A DNA stretch of 64,000 nucleotides from Eledone cirrhosa (Eukaryota). The position numbers and the translations under genes were made by a program. The stretch lies in assembly GCA_964016885.1 (NCBI GenBank), contig OZ024756.1, positions 25,172,001 to 25,236,000 of the forward strand. Reading direction: 5' to 3'. A model generated the notes under the pieces. It did no database searches. It was not told where the DNA came from and saw only the letters and a program-made list of their open reading frames with translations. Below are positions 1 to 13,301 of the stretch, piece after piece (within the stretch, counting starts at the first letter, position 1; each line of letters opens with the position of its first letter).

Positions 1-1310
1 CATACACACATACATGTATCTTTAGGTGTTTAGACTTGTGATGTACTTATATTGACAGAATCTTCTTTAGTATATGGGCAGTTCCCATTAGTACTAACTT
101 TTGTATTTCTTCTATACGCGGCTTTCCTGGGATTTGGGATAAGTAATCATTAGACCCCTTAGGTGTTATTCCTAGCGTCTACAACCACTGGTATTGTTTT
201 AGTTCTCAACTTCCACATTTTTCTAATCTCTATCTCCAGGTCTTTATACTTGCTCAATTTTTCAAATGTTTTTATAGATACATTCTTGTTTATTAGAACG
301 GACATAACAGTTAGCAGGCATACCCTTTTTTAAAGTCCTTCGGTATTATATCAGGTCTATTTGCATCTAATTTTCCGTCTGTTTGGATGATAATGTTCCA
401 CAAAATTGAGCTGTGACCTTATTCAAGTACGGGTGGTGGTTGATGCTCCCACCAATTCTTTTGATAGGGCAGGTCAAAACGCTTACACATTACCCAATGT
501 ATGTATTATGTAGCTCTGTCGTGCCTGTTTAGGTATTCGGCTGGAGCTATAGGGCTGCACATTGAAATTATAAGATCAATAGTCTCTGGTTGTTTTTTTC
601 ATACACGGCATAATGAGTTGCATCCATTTTTTATGATGTTGGTTGGTAATTTTTTGTTGGCAGACACTGATCTTGTCCTTCAGTCTCCGATTTCAGTCCA
701 GAGGATGGGTTAAAGTTTTGTCAACATCAGCATTGTTAACTCTTTCTGGGTATTTTCCATACAGAGGCTTTTCTTGCCATTTCTTAGCCAGTTTCTGTAG
801 CAGTTCTTTCTTTGCAGTTACTTTTACCTGCTAATTCCACAATTAATATTAACTTCCCCAGCTTCCAGTGATTTTTTTTTTCACTGTTCAAAATGAGTGT
901 TGTTTTCTATGTTTACATACTGAATGATCGGAACCTCCTGACAACGGAAGATATTTTGAAAATCTCTAAACACTTTTCAATCCAACTGTGTGGCAAACTA
1001 TGAAATGCTTTTTTGTAATCTATCCAAGCAATTGACAGATTTTTGTGTCTATTATGACAATCTTCCAGTATCATTTTGTTAATCAAAAGCTGGTCCTTAC
1101 AGCAATATGAGCCTCGTTTACATCCTTTATGTTCATTGGAAAATAGATCATTTGTTATCAGGTGATCATATGTATATTCAGTTAGGATTGATGTTAAGAT
1201 CTTATACATTGTGGTTAAGCAAGTTATCGGTCTGTAATTTTTGGGATTGTTTGTCTTATCATTCTTCGGAAGTAAGAATGTAATGCCGTTAACTAACCAT
1301 GATGGCTAGT
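1..1310 (-). mobile_element. Decayed non-LTR retrotransposon, R4/Dong-like (RT + restriction-like endonuclease), internally deleted
   Basis: ORF 913-1209 has RT motif QLLINKMILEDC..KNLSIAWIDYKKAF.SLPHSWI; minus strand near 345-370 reads DANRPDI (RLE RPD motif); stops and frameshifts. Confidence 0.8.
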
Positions 1311-1434
1311 TAACGGCAGTAATGCACTGGGTAATTGCTGGCCTTGTGCCTAAAGTAGAAACAATTATTATGAATGATTCCTTAATGTTAGCCCTGTGTG
1401 GCTAATAAAGAAATTATTATTCTAATATACTTGT

Positions 1435-1610
1435 AGTATCGGTAGAGGGTCGGACGCCATGCTTTCCAGTATAGTTACGTCCCTTTACGATCTGAGTTCA
1501 AATCCCGCCGAGGTTAACTTTGCCTTTCATCCTTACGGGGTCGATAAAATAAAGTACCAGTAATGGACTGGATATTTGCTGGCCTTGTGCCAAAAGTAGA
1601 AACAATTATT
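1435..1610 (+). mobile_element. tRNA-derived SINE, slightly 5'-truncated, with 19-bp target-site duplication
   Basis: B-box GAGTTCAAATCCC, core GCCTTTCATCCTTACGGGGTCGATAAAATAAAGTACCAG, tail GGCCTTGTGCC..AGAAACAATTATT; flanking direct repeat ATTATTCTAATATACTTGT at 1416-1434 and 1605-1623; a 3' fragment also lies at 1317-1371. Confidence 0.9.
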
Positions 1611-2174
1611 CTAATATACTTGTGGCCATTGTTGAAGTTGCCTTTGTTGTTGTTGGCTATGCTGGTGGTGCTGGGGCTTTTTCGGAGGGAGGAGGTGGAG
1701 TTCTACTGTTGATGGGGCACTTGCGTGCCATTGTAACTGTTAATGTTGAGGTGTTCAAAATTTCATTTTGACCGGGTCACTAAGTCAGTCTATTTATATC
1801 TTTTTGAAAATTCTTCCTTTATTGCTACCTTCCCTCTCCTTTTCAACGAATTTTGTGTCGTCTTTTCTTAAGTTAACAGAAGGTGGTGGGGGAATAGTGG
1901 TGGTAGCAATGATGGAGTGGTGGTGGCAATGGAGTAGTGTTGGCGGTGGTGATGGGGTAGTGGTACTGTAGTGATGGCGTTGTTGTTGCCATTACAATTG
2001 TATTGTTGTTGTGTTTGTTTGATATTTTTGTTATTTATTTTTTTTCCTTTGTTCTGTTCAGTAGCTTTGTAGTTTGTTACTTATATTTAATATACATGTT
2101 GACATCATTCCTTAATATTTGAACTAAACATTTTGAGAAAACTTGAGATACAATAATAATTATTATTATTCTGG

Positions 2175-2176
2175 GG

Positions 2177-2231
<55 letters not shown>

Positions 2232-2272
2232 CGTTGTTGGTGGTGGTGGTGGTGGTGGTGGTGGTGGTGGTG
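2175..2272. repeat. (GTT)n(GGT)n microsatellite
   Basis: Direct reading. Confidence 0.95.
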
Positions 2273-2580
2273 AAATTGCCGTTCTTTGGCTGTTGTATTT
2301 AGTGTACGCAGAGGAGTTTTCTTCCATTTGTAACCATTTCATTCTTTTAATATAACTTTTCCAATACAAAATTAGATATTTGAGCCATATGCCAGGATAT
2401 TATGGGAATCCACTTCCTGAGAACAAGGCTGGTGCCTTATGTCAAATTATTATATCACAATTGTTTTAAATATGTAAAAAACGAAAAACTTACGGGCACG
2501 AATCCATAACAATCTATCCACCACGTGCGTCTTCTTCCCTATTCTCTATCATCATCATCATCATCATCATTATCACTAGA

Positions 2581-3040
2581 ACGATGGATTGGCGGTATCG
2601 GTAGAGCGTCGGACACCCTGTTTCATCGCATGGAGTTACGGCACTTTACGGTCTGAATTCAAATCCCTCCGAGGTTAACTTTGCTTTTCATCCTTACGGG
2701 GTTGATTAAATAAAGGACCAGTAACATAATGTGAGTCAATTTAATCGACTTTCCCCTCCCCCCCAAATTACTGGCCTTCTGCCTATACTAGAAACCATTA
2801 TAATCATCATCATCATCATCATCATCATCACCATTATCATTAGAACGGTGGATTGGTGGTATCGGTAGAGCGTTGGACACCCTGCTTCATCGCATAGAGT
2901 TCCGGTCTTTTACGGTCTGAATTAAAATCCCGCCGAGGTTAACTTTGCCTTTCATCCTTACGGGGTCGATAAAATAAAGTACCAGTATTGTACTGAGGCA
3001 ATTGTTGGCCTTGTGTTAAAAGTTTAAACAATTATTATTG
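2581..3040 (+). mobile_element. Two tandem SINE copies (long-tail 2581-2804; short-tail 2845-3040) in (ATC)n/(ATT)n
   Basis: Both have A-box-like TGG..GTATCGGTAG, degenerate B-box, conserved core and tail. Confidence 0.88.
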
Positions 3041-3236
3041 TTGTTATTGTTGTTGTTACTGTTATTATTGTTGTTGGTATTCTTATCATTATTGTACTGA
3101 AGCTCTTATACTCTTCTCCCACTGCTGCTGGTCGGGCTTCTGTTGCTATCACTGCTACTGCCGCTTCTGGTAACTCGATCGATGTTTACTACTAACAGAT
3201 AATTTAAGCCAATAATGATAGGTTATCCATTACCAT

Positions 3237-4428
3237 TTACAGAGATTGTTGTGCTTTCCGTATGATATTAATAAATGCTATTTCTCCAATGATAATATAT
3301 TTGCATTTTTCTTGAGTTATTTCGAACGCTGTATTCCAGTCCGAAGCTGGAATGAAGACAGCATCGTTCTTTGATTTGCTTGTACAGAACTTTGTGACTA
3401 ATCTCTGTACTTGATTAAAGTGAACGAGTTCTAGGAAGAATGAAGGTCCTTCACGATCGACCAGCTTCCAAAAGATTTTAAAATAATGTTCGTATATCAT
3501 ATAATCTGCCAGTGTTAGATTCTTGTGTCTTTCAATGTCTTCCATTGAAATTTCGACATCGAGTGGTTTATGTGAATTTAATTTCACGTAAACTATGTCT
3601 TCCATTGTCCAACAAAGATAGCGACGAAGGAGCACAAGAGATTCGTAAAAATACTCCATAATTATCACAAAATTAAAATCTTTATCAAGAAGTTCAATGT
3701 ATTTTTCAATTGCTGTTTTATTCAGAAAGTCAGTTCGAGGCAATCCTAAATCAAATGCCATTCGGTTATTGACGAAATTGATGTTATTTGGAATTTTCAG
3801 TTTTTCAGGTTCCTTTAAATAATCACTAACTGGATTCACCGAGTTTTTCTTGTAGCGATAAATAAATTTTGAGACTTTAAAATATGTGAATGCGGAGAAA
3901 AATTGTCGAAATGGCTGACGGACAATGGCAAGGTAGAAAGTCTTGGGAGGAAATAAACTACGAATTACTGATCGATTGTATACAGAATGATTACACAGAA
4001 TATTGTAACGTTTGCCCTTGGGTGGGGGTTCTATTATATTTGGGTCGAAATAGGGAAGGTGATTGAAATAATGACGTCCTCTTGGCAAGGCAAATACGAG
4101 TTTATTGCGTAAACCGTAACGAAGTATTATGTTCATAGCAGAGGTACTTCCAGCTTTGTGTACTTTTATAAATACAAGATCATGGGCTGGTTTACATGTT
4201 TTATAGTGGTCCTGTCCCCGACTGTTGATGCCGTTTGGTAATTGATCTGTAGCATATGTAGATTGTATTTTTGTAATGTTTCTTTCGTGTAACATTGTAG
4301 CCAGTGAATCATTACAGAATTCTATTCGTTCATTTATCTGTAGACTTGGAGCTATATATCTGCTGTAGATGTCTATAATTCCATATAAAGCAAACACACT
4401 AGTTATCACGAGCATTGTTTTACGACAC
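3237..4428 (-). CDS. GAL3ST: Galactose-3-O-sulfotransferase (galactosylceramide sulfotransferase-like), paralog A, large terminal coding exon
   Basis: 392-aa ORF: N-terminal hydrophobic anchor, 5'-PSB motif FIKVHKAGSTS, 3'-PB motif IVRQPFRQFFSAF, N-x-MAFDLG and ESLVLLRRYLCW blocks typical of the family; acceptor TTTTCTTTGTAG precedes 4428 (phase 2). Orthology to a specific GAL3ST member not determinable. Confidence 0.9.
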
Positions 4429-4912
4429 CTACAAAGAAAAAAGTTTTGTTTTTTTAATAATTCGAAGCATTTTGCGACGGATATGAATAAATCATTCCAT
4501 GAAATATATTACCTGCTTGTTACCTGAAAGAAAATAGTAAAAAAAAAAATGAAGTCATTTATTTGGCAATTAAGTACTCGACCTAGCACGTTTGCACATA
4601 TAAAAAAAACATTTAGACCAGATGGTGCAATTGACATTTATTATTTATTTGATTTTATTACCTTAACACACACATACACATATGAAAGCTGATCGAAAAA
4701 TTGAAAAAGTGGAGAATAACATGGTCAACAGTACAAAAAAGGAGATTTATTTAGTCTAACAATTGTTTCACAGATAGAGTTGTCTAAAAATTGGTAAACA
4801 CTGAAAGTAGTGCCACTCAAAACAAAACTTTGTGTGTATAGTTCAACATCATTTCACTTTCTCACATTTAACTTTTGTTGGACACTCATACGTCGGATAT
4901 CGACGGGAGAGT

Positions 4913-4973
<61 letters not shown>

Positions 4974-4978
<5 letters not shown>

Positions 4979-5076
4979 TCTACTTTTGGCACAAGGCCAG
5001 CAATTAACCAGTACATTACTGGTACTTTATTTTATCGACCCCGTAAGTATGAAAGGCAAAGTTAACCTCGACGGGA
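4974..5076 (-). mobile_element. SINE 3' half embedded in (TA)n
   Basis: Reverse complement of SINE core and tail. Confidence 0.85.
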
Positions 5077-5129
5077 TATATATATATATATATATAATAT
5101 ATATATATATATATTATATATATATATTA

Positions 5130-5211
<82 letters not shown>

Positions 5212-5223
<12 letters not shown>

Positions 5224-6273
5224 TCACGCATTGGTGTTGATTTGGCTGGATCTCGTTCTAATAATGTTGCTCCTACTGATCCTTTCATTGGCCTTAATCC
5301 TCTTGTAGGGACTCTGAACAACAGTGGATCTACTGGAGGTAGAAAATATAATAGGCATAATGTAATTATGGCTGATTCTATGAATGCGGCTTCAAATATT
5401 CCCGATAGTAACCCTGGTCTTGAAGGTGTGACTTTTGATAGAGGTAGGGTCGATAGGAATAAAAATAAAAATAAAAATAGAAGGCGATTGAATACTTATT
5501 TCAACCCGCCATATAACCAGGATGTATCAACTAATATCCCTAGGTCTTTCTTCACTATCCTGGAGAAAAATTTCCCCCCTTCTCACAAATACCATGGTAT
5601 TTTTAATAAAAATATTATTAAACTATCATTCTCTACCACCCCTAATATTAGTTCTCATTTAGCTAGCACTAATAATAGGAAGATTAGGGATGGATTCTCC
5701 TCTCTGCAGAATAATAGCCTGAATGCATCGGACAATGCTTTACCACCAGAACAGTCCTTATCTAATGGAGGTCCTAGGTGCAATACATCACCACTTGAGC
5801 CAACCAATAACACCCGGAAGTGCAATTGTAGAGTGAGTGCTAACTGCCCTCTAAACGGTAACTGCCTTTCTAAAAACATAGTCTATGCTTGTGAGGTTAT
5901 AACTAATTCCTCTAAAGGAACATATATAGGATCTACTTCAAACACCTTTAAGACTAGGGTTAACTCTCATATCTCTAACTTCAAGCATATTAGGTTTAAG
6001 AATTCCACCTCTCTAGCGCATTATATCTGGGACCTTAAGAGAGCTTGTATACCATATAGCCTTAACTGGAGTTTAGTAGCACGATCTAACCACCTTTCTG
6101 CACATAGTAAGTTTTGTAATCTCTGTATACTTGAGACACACTCTATTATTTTCTCTAGCGTACCCTTACTGAATAGAAAGTCTGAGATATTCTCTTCTTG
6201 CCCCCATGCAATTTCTAATTCTTACTTTTATTATAAACCCAAATGTTCTAGTAGTACAAATCGTACCCATTAG
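5212..6273 (+). CDS. Penelope-like element C-terminal region: linker + GIY-YIG endonuclease (transposon ORF)
   Basis: [28 protein letters not shown]-x5-CP linker, [33 protein letters not shown]; no RT motifs; first ATG near 5368. Confidence 0.8.
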
Positions 6274-8465
6274 CAGATATATTCCATTACTTAGTTCTTT
6301 GTTTGGGTTCTTTTGTTTGCCAACACTATTGTTAACATTAGTTTTTGATGACTCTTCATTCTAGCTCTCATAATCATTTGGCCACTGTACCGTATCTATG
6401 TCTTCACTATTACACCTTGTTAGTATACATAAGATTACACACGTTATTACCTTTATATATTCTTTTATTATCATTAACTTTAATTTTTAATTTTAACATT
6501 ATTTTTATTTTTATTTTCAATTCTATTTATATTTTTATTTTTATTTCTAAGTCTATTCTGATTTATCTATTAACCCCCCCCCCATGCACGCATAAACTTA
6601 TTGTCAACCCTCCTAGATTGAATATGATTATATTAACCCCCCCCCCCTCACTCTTTTATGCTCTGTTCTATTATTTATTGTAGTATATCGAATTTATTAT
6701 AATTTATTATAGTATATCGAACTATTATAGTATATCGAATTTATTTATAACTATAGTATATTTAATTTTTAATTTTAACATTATTTTTATTTTTATTTTT
6801 AATTTTAATTCTATTTATATTTTTATTTCTAAATCTATTCTGATTTATCTATTATACCCCCCTTCTCCCCCCCCCATGCACGCATAAACTTATTGTCAAC
6901 CCCTCTAGATTAAATATGATTATATTAAACCCCCCCCTCTTTTATGCTCTGTTCTATTATTTATTATAGTATATCGAATATATTTTATGCTACTTCGCAC
7001 CCTCCATATATTTCATCAATTCTGTCCCCATTAGCTTACCTTAACTTTACTTAAGTCAGTTTTTTAGATATCGTTGCGTGTATAATTTTATTCCTTTTTG
7101 TAAACATTTGTAACGATATATTAAAGTTTATATATTTTAATGACTGAGACTATAGCTAATTTTATACTACCTTATCGGACGGGTTTGATATTTTTAATAT
7201 TAATTTATCATATAGGGTTGGGAGTCATTTAAAATGATCGTTTTCCTGGGTGCTTACCAAATTTCTTAATGCACGCGGGACTTAAGTGTGTTTACATTTG
7301 CCTCGTTTTGTAATTTCCGGTTGATTGGTTTTATTTACTACTCACTGTCTGGCTTTGCTCATCCACATATGTCTGTCTACTAACCTTGAAATTATAAGTA
7401 TTTATTTATATATTATATGCCTATTTTTAAAATATATTACATTATGATATAGATCCTTATTACTTACCGTTTATTATATATAACATTAAGATACTTAAAC
7501 TTTATATTTTTTAATATCTTAATATTTTAATATCTTAATATTTTAATATTTTAATATTGTAGTATGTAACATTATGGTATTTAGACTTTACATATCATGT
7601 TAGATGTCTATATATTTTTTCTGTAACAACATATTTTTTTCTGTAACAACATATTTTTTCTGTAACATCATAATTGTTCCCTGTACCAATATAGTTTTTT
7701 TGAGTATTATTGTATTATTGTATTATATTATATGATTGATATTTCCCCATTTATTATGTAACCCAATATGAACCATGTTGTACATATTGAATATGGTAAT
7801 TGTTAATATAATGTTAACAACTTATCATTGTATTTCAATGTGACATCTATATTATTTCTGTAAATTAACCGGAGATTATATATATTCTTATTTTTTATAT
7901 ATATTCTACTTTATTATATTGTATTATATTATATAATTTTGTTGTTTATTATTTATTATAAGTGTTTCTTGTAATTATTGCCCCATGTATATTGGGTAGA
8001 TATATTAGCATTATTTTCACTATTACCATGCTTATTTTTAATATTTTTGATGTTTAAACTTCCAATAAGGCTTAATTTCTGTGTAATAGAAAATAGATAT
8101 GTGTATTGTAATATGTGTGTGTGTGTGTGTGTGTGCGCACATATATACATGTATATATTGCACCTTTTGATTTTTGATTTGGAATTTCAGTGTTGGTATA
8201 GATATATTATTATTAGAATGTATTATACTGTGTTATATATAATTCCTGTTCTATATAACCAAATTTGTTTAGATTTAAGTTGGTGACTTTGGACCATATT
8301 TGTAATATGGTTCTTAATGTCATCTACATCCTTAGTTATTATAATTTTATTAGTTTTATCCTCATTTTTATTATCGTATATCCTTGTAAGACATTAGTGT
8401 ATGTAAACCCCATATTCTTCAGAGTTTCTGGCTTGTATCTGCCGAAATTACCTCTTGTTGTTTTG

Positions 8466-8510
8466 ATTGCCCTGATGAGTCCTTAATAGGACGAAACATT
8501 GTCGGCTAAT
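8466..8510 (+). ncRNA. Minimal type I hammerhead ribozyme motif (PLE-associated)
   Basis: attgcc-CTGATGA-GTCC-ttaata-GGAC-GAAA-catt-GTC-ggctaat: intact core, 4-bp stem II, stem I complementarity. Confidence 0.8.
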
Positions 8511-8653
8511 AAAAACTTTTGATGTATTAGAGGATTCTTTGTTTTACTCTCTTAATTTTTTGGCTCTGTTTAACTGCATTGAGCTATACCTTTTACTGTC
8601 ATTTCTATAATACGAAGAGGGTGTTTGACTCAAACACGCTCCAGTATTCTAAT

Positions 8654-8758
<105 letters not shown>

Positions 8759-8808
8759 ATATATATTATATATATTATATATATATTTTTAATAGACACA
8801 CCATTAAA

Positions 8809-9381
8809 TTGTCGTATTCTACAACTATGAACATGGCCCAAAACATTGTTAAATTAAACGCTAAAATTCTAAAACAAAACCACCATAATTATCTTAATAA
8901 TAGCGTTAACATAAATGATACTAAATCAAAATGTAATTGTAGAAATAAAACTGACTGCCCTCTGCAAAATAATTGTCTAGATAGTAATTTGGTTTATAAA
9001 TACACCGTAAAAACTGATCACAACACATACAACTACATAGGATCGACTTCTACATTTAAAGCCAGATTTGCAAACCATAAATGCTCATTCTCGAACTCCA
9101 AGAGGAAATCATCCACTTCTTTATCACAGCTCATATGGTCATTAAAAGAGAGGAATTTAAAATACTCCATTCTTTGGACGAAACTTCGGAATTGCGGAGT
9201 TTACCGCAACTCTAGTATATCAAATAACTTCGCGCTCTGTACAATGGAGACCCTGTTGATTATTAATAACTATGAGACGCTAATTAACAAAAAAAGTGAA
9301 TTATTCTCTAGTTGCCTTCATAAAGCTACGTCTACATTCCTAGCATCCCATAAGACCAGAAAAAAGGGGGAAAAACAGTAA
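8809..9381 (+). pseudogene. GIY-YIG endonuclease fragment of Penelope-like element
   Basis: Homologous to the C-terminal half of ORF 5212-6273. Confidence 0.75.
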
Positions 9382-9894
9382 GCTATTAAACTTGGTTTTC
9401 AGATGTAAATATCCAACAGGGGAAAAACATTAATGGCCTTTAATATTGCATTATCTTATAACTATCTATAGAAGAAATAACGCTCGAATGAATGACACTT
9501 GTTCAATAACACGCTGACACGTTGATATACATAACATAATATTATTAACTTTGAACCATACCATTATTTCTCTATCTTTATTTTCCTATCTAAGTTTTAA
9601 TTTTAGTTTAAATATCCAACCTGTATATTTTTACGGAACTTGAATCATTCATGTGTTTACATTTTTTATTTATAATATGTATGTACTTATATTTTGTAAG
9701 TTTTTAAATATACCTACCTTATTTTTCTATCCATGATTCAAATATAGTGCAAATATCTAACCTGTAAATTTTTACGGACCTTATTTTGAACTCTGAATTA
9801 TCCATGCATTTATTATTATTTTTCTTATATATATGTATGTATTTAACTGTAGTACGTTGAAATCTATTATATAAGATTATAATCGTTATCATTT

Positions 9895-9981
9895 ACAAAA
9901 TGTATACAAATGTATACTAATGTATACAAATGTATACTAATGTATACTAATGTATACTAATGTATACAAATGTATACTAAT
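9895..9981. repeat. 10-bp tandem repeat (TGTATACAAA/TGTATACTAA)n
   Basis: About 8 units read directly. Confidence 0.9.
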
Positions 9982-10150
9982 ACTTAATATATATCTATAT
10001 ATATCTCTCTGTATCTCTCTATACCTAATTTTTAGATAACTTTTAAATTTTTAGATTATTTATTTTGAACTGTGAATAATTCATGCCTTTACACTCTTTT
10101 ATAAATATGTATCTATTTAACTTTAGCATATTTGAATCTATTATTTTATA

Positions 10151-10326
10151 GGCGGTGGATTGGCAGTGTCGGTAGATGCTTTCCAGCATAGTTACGTCCC
10201 TTTACGATCTGAGTTCAAATCCCGCCGAGGTTGACTTTGCCTTTCATCCTTACGGGGTCGATAAAATAAAGTACCAGTAGTGAACTGGTTAATTGCTGGC
10301 CTTGTGCCTAAAGTAGAAACAATTAT
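10151..10326 (+). mobile_element. SINE nested in PLE copy 2, 11-bp TSD
   Basis: Head GGCGGTGGATTGGCAGTGTCGGTAG; ATTATTTTATA at 10140-10150 and 10322-10332. Confidence 0.9.
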
Positions 10327-11364
10327 TTTATATTCGTTATCATTTACCTAAAATATACTGGCTCATTAATATTTAATATATCTCTCTATACCTAATCGTT
10401 ATTTTTGCAAATAAGTGTATCTGTATAATAACATAATCTTATTATTAGTTACGTATATCTCAGCTTTTGATTTTTTTTGCATATATATCTATATATATCT
10501 ATAGTGTATTATAACATAATTACCGTTTAGTTTAACATATAGTTTGTACAAATATATAGTTTGTGCAAATATAGATATTTGTATAATAGCATATTTATTA
10601 TTCCTATCCTGAAAGTAGAACTTATATAGAGATTTAATATAATATAACAAATATTAATTTATTACCATAATTCCACATATATATATATATATATATAAGT
10701 TGCTGAAAACTCTGCGTTAATCATTACACTAACTACTTGACAATTAATTTTTAGATATTTCGAACAATAAGTACTTCATAAGCTTTACATACCGAAAATG
10801 TTGACATTTTTATAGGTAATTTTCGTTAAAGATTACATTTAGGAAAATATTCAACAGTGTAAATTTTCCTTTCGCTGGCCAGCGAAATTTTATAATTCAT
10901 AAAATTCAGAAGTTTAGAAATGTTAACACATTTATAGAATTTATAAAATTAATAAATATAAATAACCATCAACTTTTAAAAAACCCCTAAAATCTTGATT
11001 CTTCACCCTTAAAATAACATAAATTAAATATTTTGAAACTTAACTGTTTAGCTTTTAGGGGAAAAAATTCTCTCTCTGCATATATTACTCCCTTTATCTT
11101 TCTCTCTCCTTAAATCCTCTCTCAGCGGCCTTCAAAACAGTTATAATTCATGAGACGTTTTCCTAGATAACCATAACTTGTAGTATCCCACATTTTAAAA
11201 TCTCTATAGCTGTCACATTAACCAACGTTTTTCTTACTCACACATTCCCTATTGAATTTATTACATTTTCGCATTTTCTCATTATTAGGGTATAAATGTT
11301 GATTTTTCTCTATCTTGATGAAATCTTAACCATTTAACATCTCATGGTATGTCATGTATCATTA

Positions 11365-11420
11365 TATTTTGTCTGATGAGGACGTACTGTTGTACCTCCG
11401 AAATATGTATAATAAAATTT
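11365..11420 (+). ncRNA. Hammerhead ribozyme motif
   Basis: CTGATGA-GGacGTACtgttGTACctCC-GAAA-tatgta. Confidence 0.7.
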
Positions 11421-11778
11421 AATTGATCAAAAGAACATCTATTTTATTAATATTTGTATTTTAATATTAATAACTCTGGAAAATTATTTTTGTGTAGAGT
11501 GCTTCCAATCTACTGTAAAACTCATTCTTTGATGTACTCATTGAATCTTGTTTAACTCTTTAATATATATATATATATATATGTGTGTGCATATATACAT
11601 TTATATATATATATACATCATCTACTTTTCTAAAATAACAAATCATACACAAAACGCCAGCACCAACAGTTTTGCAAGAGATGTCAACATGAATGGACCT
11701 GTTATTTTTATTTTATCTAAAGACATTTTTCCAATTCCATCCCGCCAGTCCCCTCAATCTATTCTATTTCGCATTCTT

Positions 11779-11814
11779 TCTTCTGATGAAGGACTAGCGT
11801 CCGAAACGTTAAGA
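11779..11814 (+). ncRNA. Minimal hammerhead motif in a short (about 11620-11975) TA-flanked element
   Basis: tctt-CTGATGA-a-GGAC-tagc-GTCC-GAAA-cgtt-aaga; related copies at 37420-37452 (-) and 47720-47752 (+, degenerate). Confidence 0.75.
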
Positions 11815-12110
11815 CCCTCTTCCTGCTATATCAAGCTTTAACCTTCCATTAACTGACTGATTGTGTTGTTATTTCGGTTTGCCTTTTACATACCTACCCC
11901 CCACTCTCCTGAGCGTGAAATTAATAAACATTTATTGTACTGCCTCTCTGTTTTGTCCCTGTTCAAATTTTTCCATTATATATATATATATATATCGTTT
12001 TAAACGATATAATGACATATATCAATTTAGAAACCAACTACCATTTAATACATATATACGTATATGGCAAATACAAGTTTAGGTGTTAAATGAAAACATT
12101 ACTCACAAAG

Positions 12111-12276
12111 ATTATGCTATATTTAAATGGCCGTACTTCCAAACATGGCCATCTCATCATAGAATCAGAGAATATTGAATGTTCACCATAGATTAGAGTA
12201 GTTAGTATCGATCACCAATTATCGATTAAGATGAACCTCATATTTGGAAGTACGACCATTTAAATATAACACAATT
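12111..12276. repeat. Imperfect inverted repeat (about 45-bp arms)
   Basis: ATTTAAATGGCCGTACTTCCAAA vs TTTGGAAGTACGACCATTTAAAT. Confidence 0.75.
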
Positions 12277-12389
12277 ATTATGTGAGTAATGTTTTTATTC
12301 AACACCTTAACTTGTATTTGCCATATATATATAAAAGAGAGATGTGTATTGGTTGGTTGGCTGAATCACACGAAAACCACACACACACA

Positions 12390-12508
<119 letters not shown>

Positions 12509-13301
12509 CTAAAGAGAGAGACTACACAGAGGAAGATGCAGAAAGAAAGAGATAGGCCGTTATACAGAGAGAGATACAATTAAAGTGTTAGATATTCAGA
12601 CAAAGAGAGAGAGTAACGTCCCACGGGAGTCTAGAAACGGCTTAAACTAAAGCTACTTTGATCTATAGGAAGGTTTAACAATACTGCGTTAGCTTTTATA
12701 AAGTCGTTTTACCGTCTTTGATTTTTCAGAACAAAGAAAAATTGATACTGTTTGAAATTAATCTACCCTCCAGCTTTTATCCATATACTACTTACAGCCC
12801 GTACTAACGAAGCAACACTTCAGAAGCAACGTTATGCAGTATATTGCTGTGTTTCAGGTGACGTCCTTTAGAGCTAAAAAAGATCATACTGACTGTGGTT
12901 ATTTAAAATCCAAGGCCAATGCTACCATTTAATCGGCAGTTTACTCCCCCACTCTAATAAGGAAGTTTTATTTTATTTTTATGTCTCTCACACACACACA
13001 CACACACACACACATTACGGTCTCACCTCATACCAGACAACACATTCAATACAGCCTGGTACCTCAGCTAGTATATGTATATATGTATTAAATGCTAGTT
13101 GATTTCTCAATTGATATTTCTCAATATATCGTTTAAAATTATATTATTGATGCTCTGAACAGAAGCTTATTGAGCTTTTTACTGAGAAACATTATCTATA
13201 CATAATTTATATGTATTGACTCAACTTAGAAATATATATATATATATACATGTGCGTGTGTGTGTGTGTGTAATTATGTTTGTACATATATATTTACATA
13301 G

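Larger units (their letters stand above)
8790..11562 (+). mobile_element. Penelope-like element copy 2 (5'-truncated), bounded by (TA)n
   Basis: ORF 8809-9381 with CNC-x5-CP, VY..YIGST..FKARF..H, LCTME, INKKSELFSSCLH; long AT-rich 3' region; hammerhead core at 11373; AATAAA at 11411. Confidence 0.8.

Noticed and set aside
1435-1515. tRNA gene calls at SINE heads
   Set aside because: A/B boxes present but no full cloverleaf; always fused to SINE core and tail
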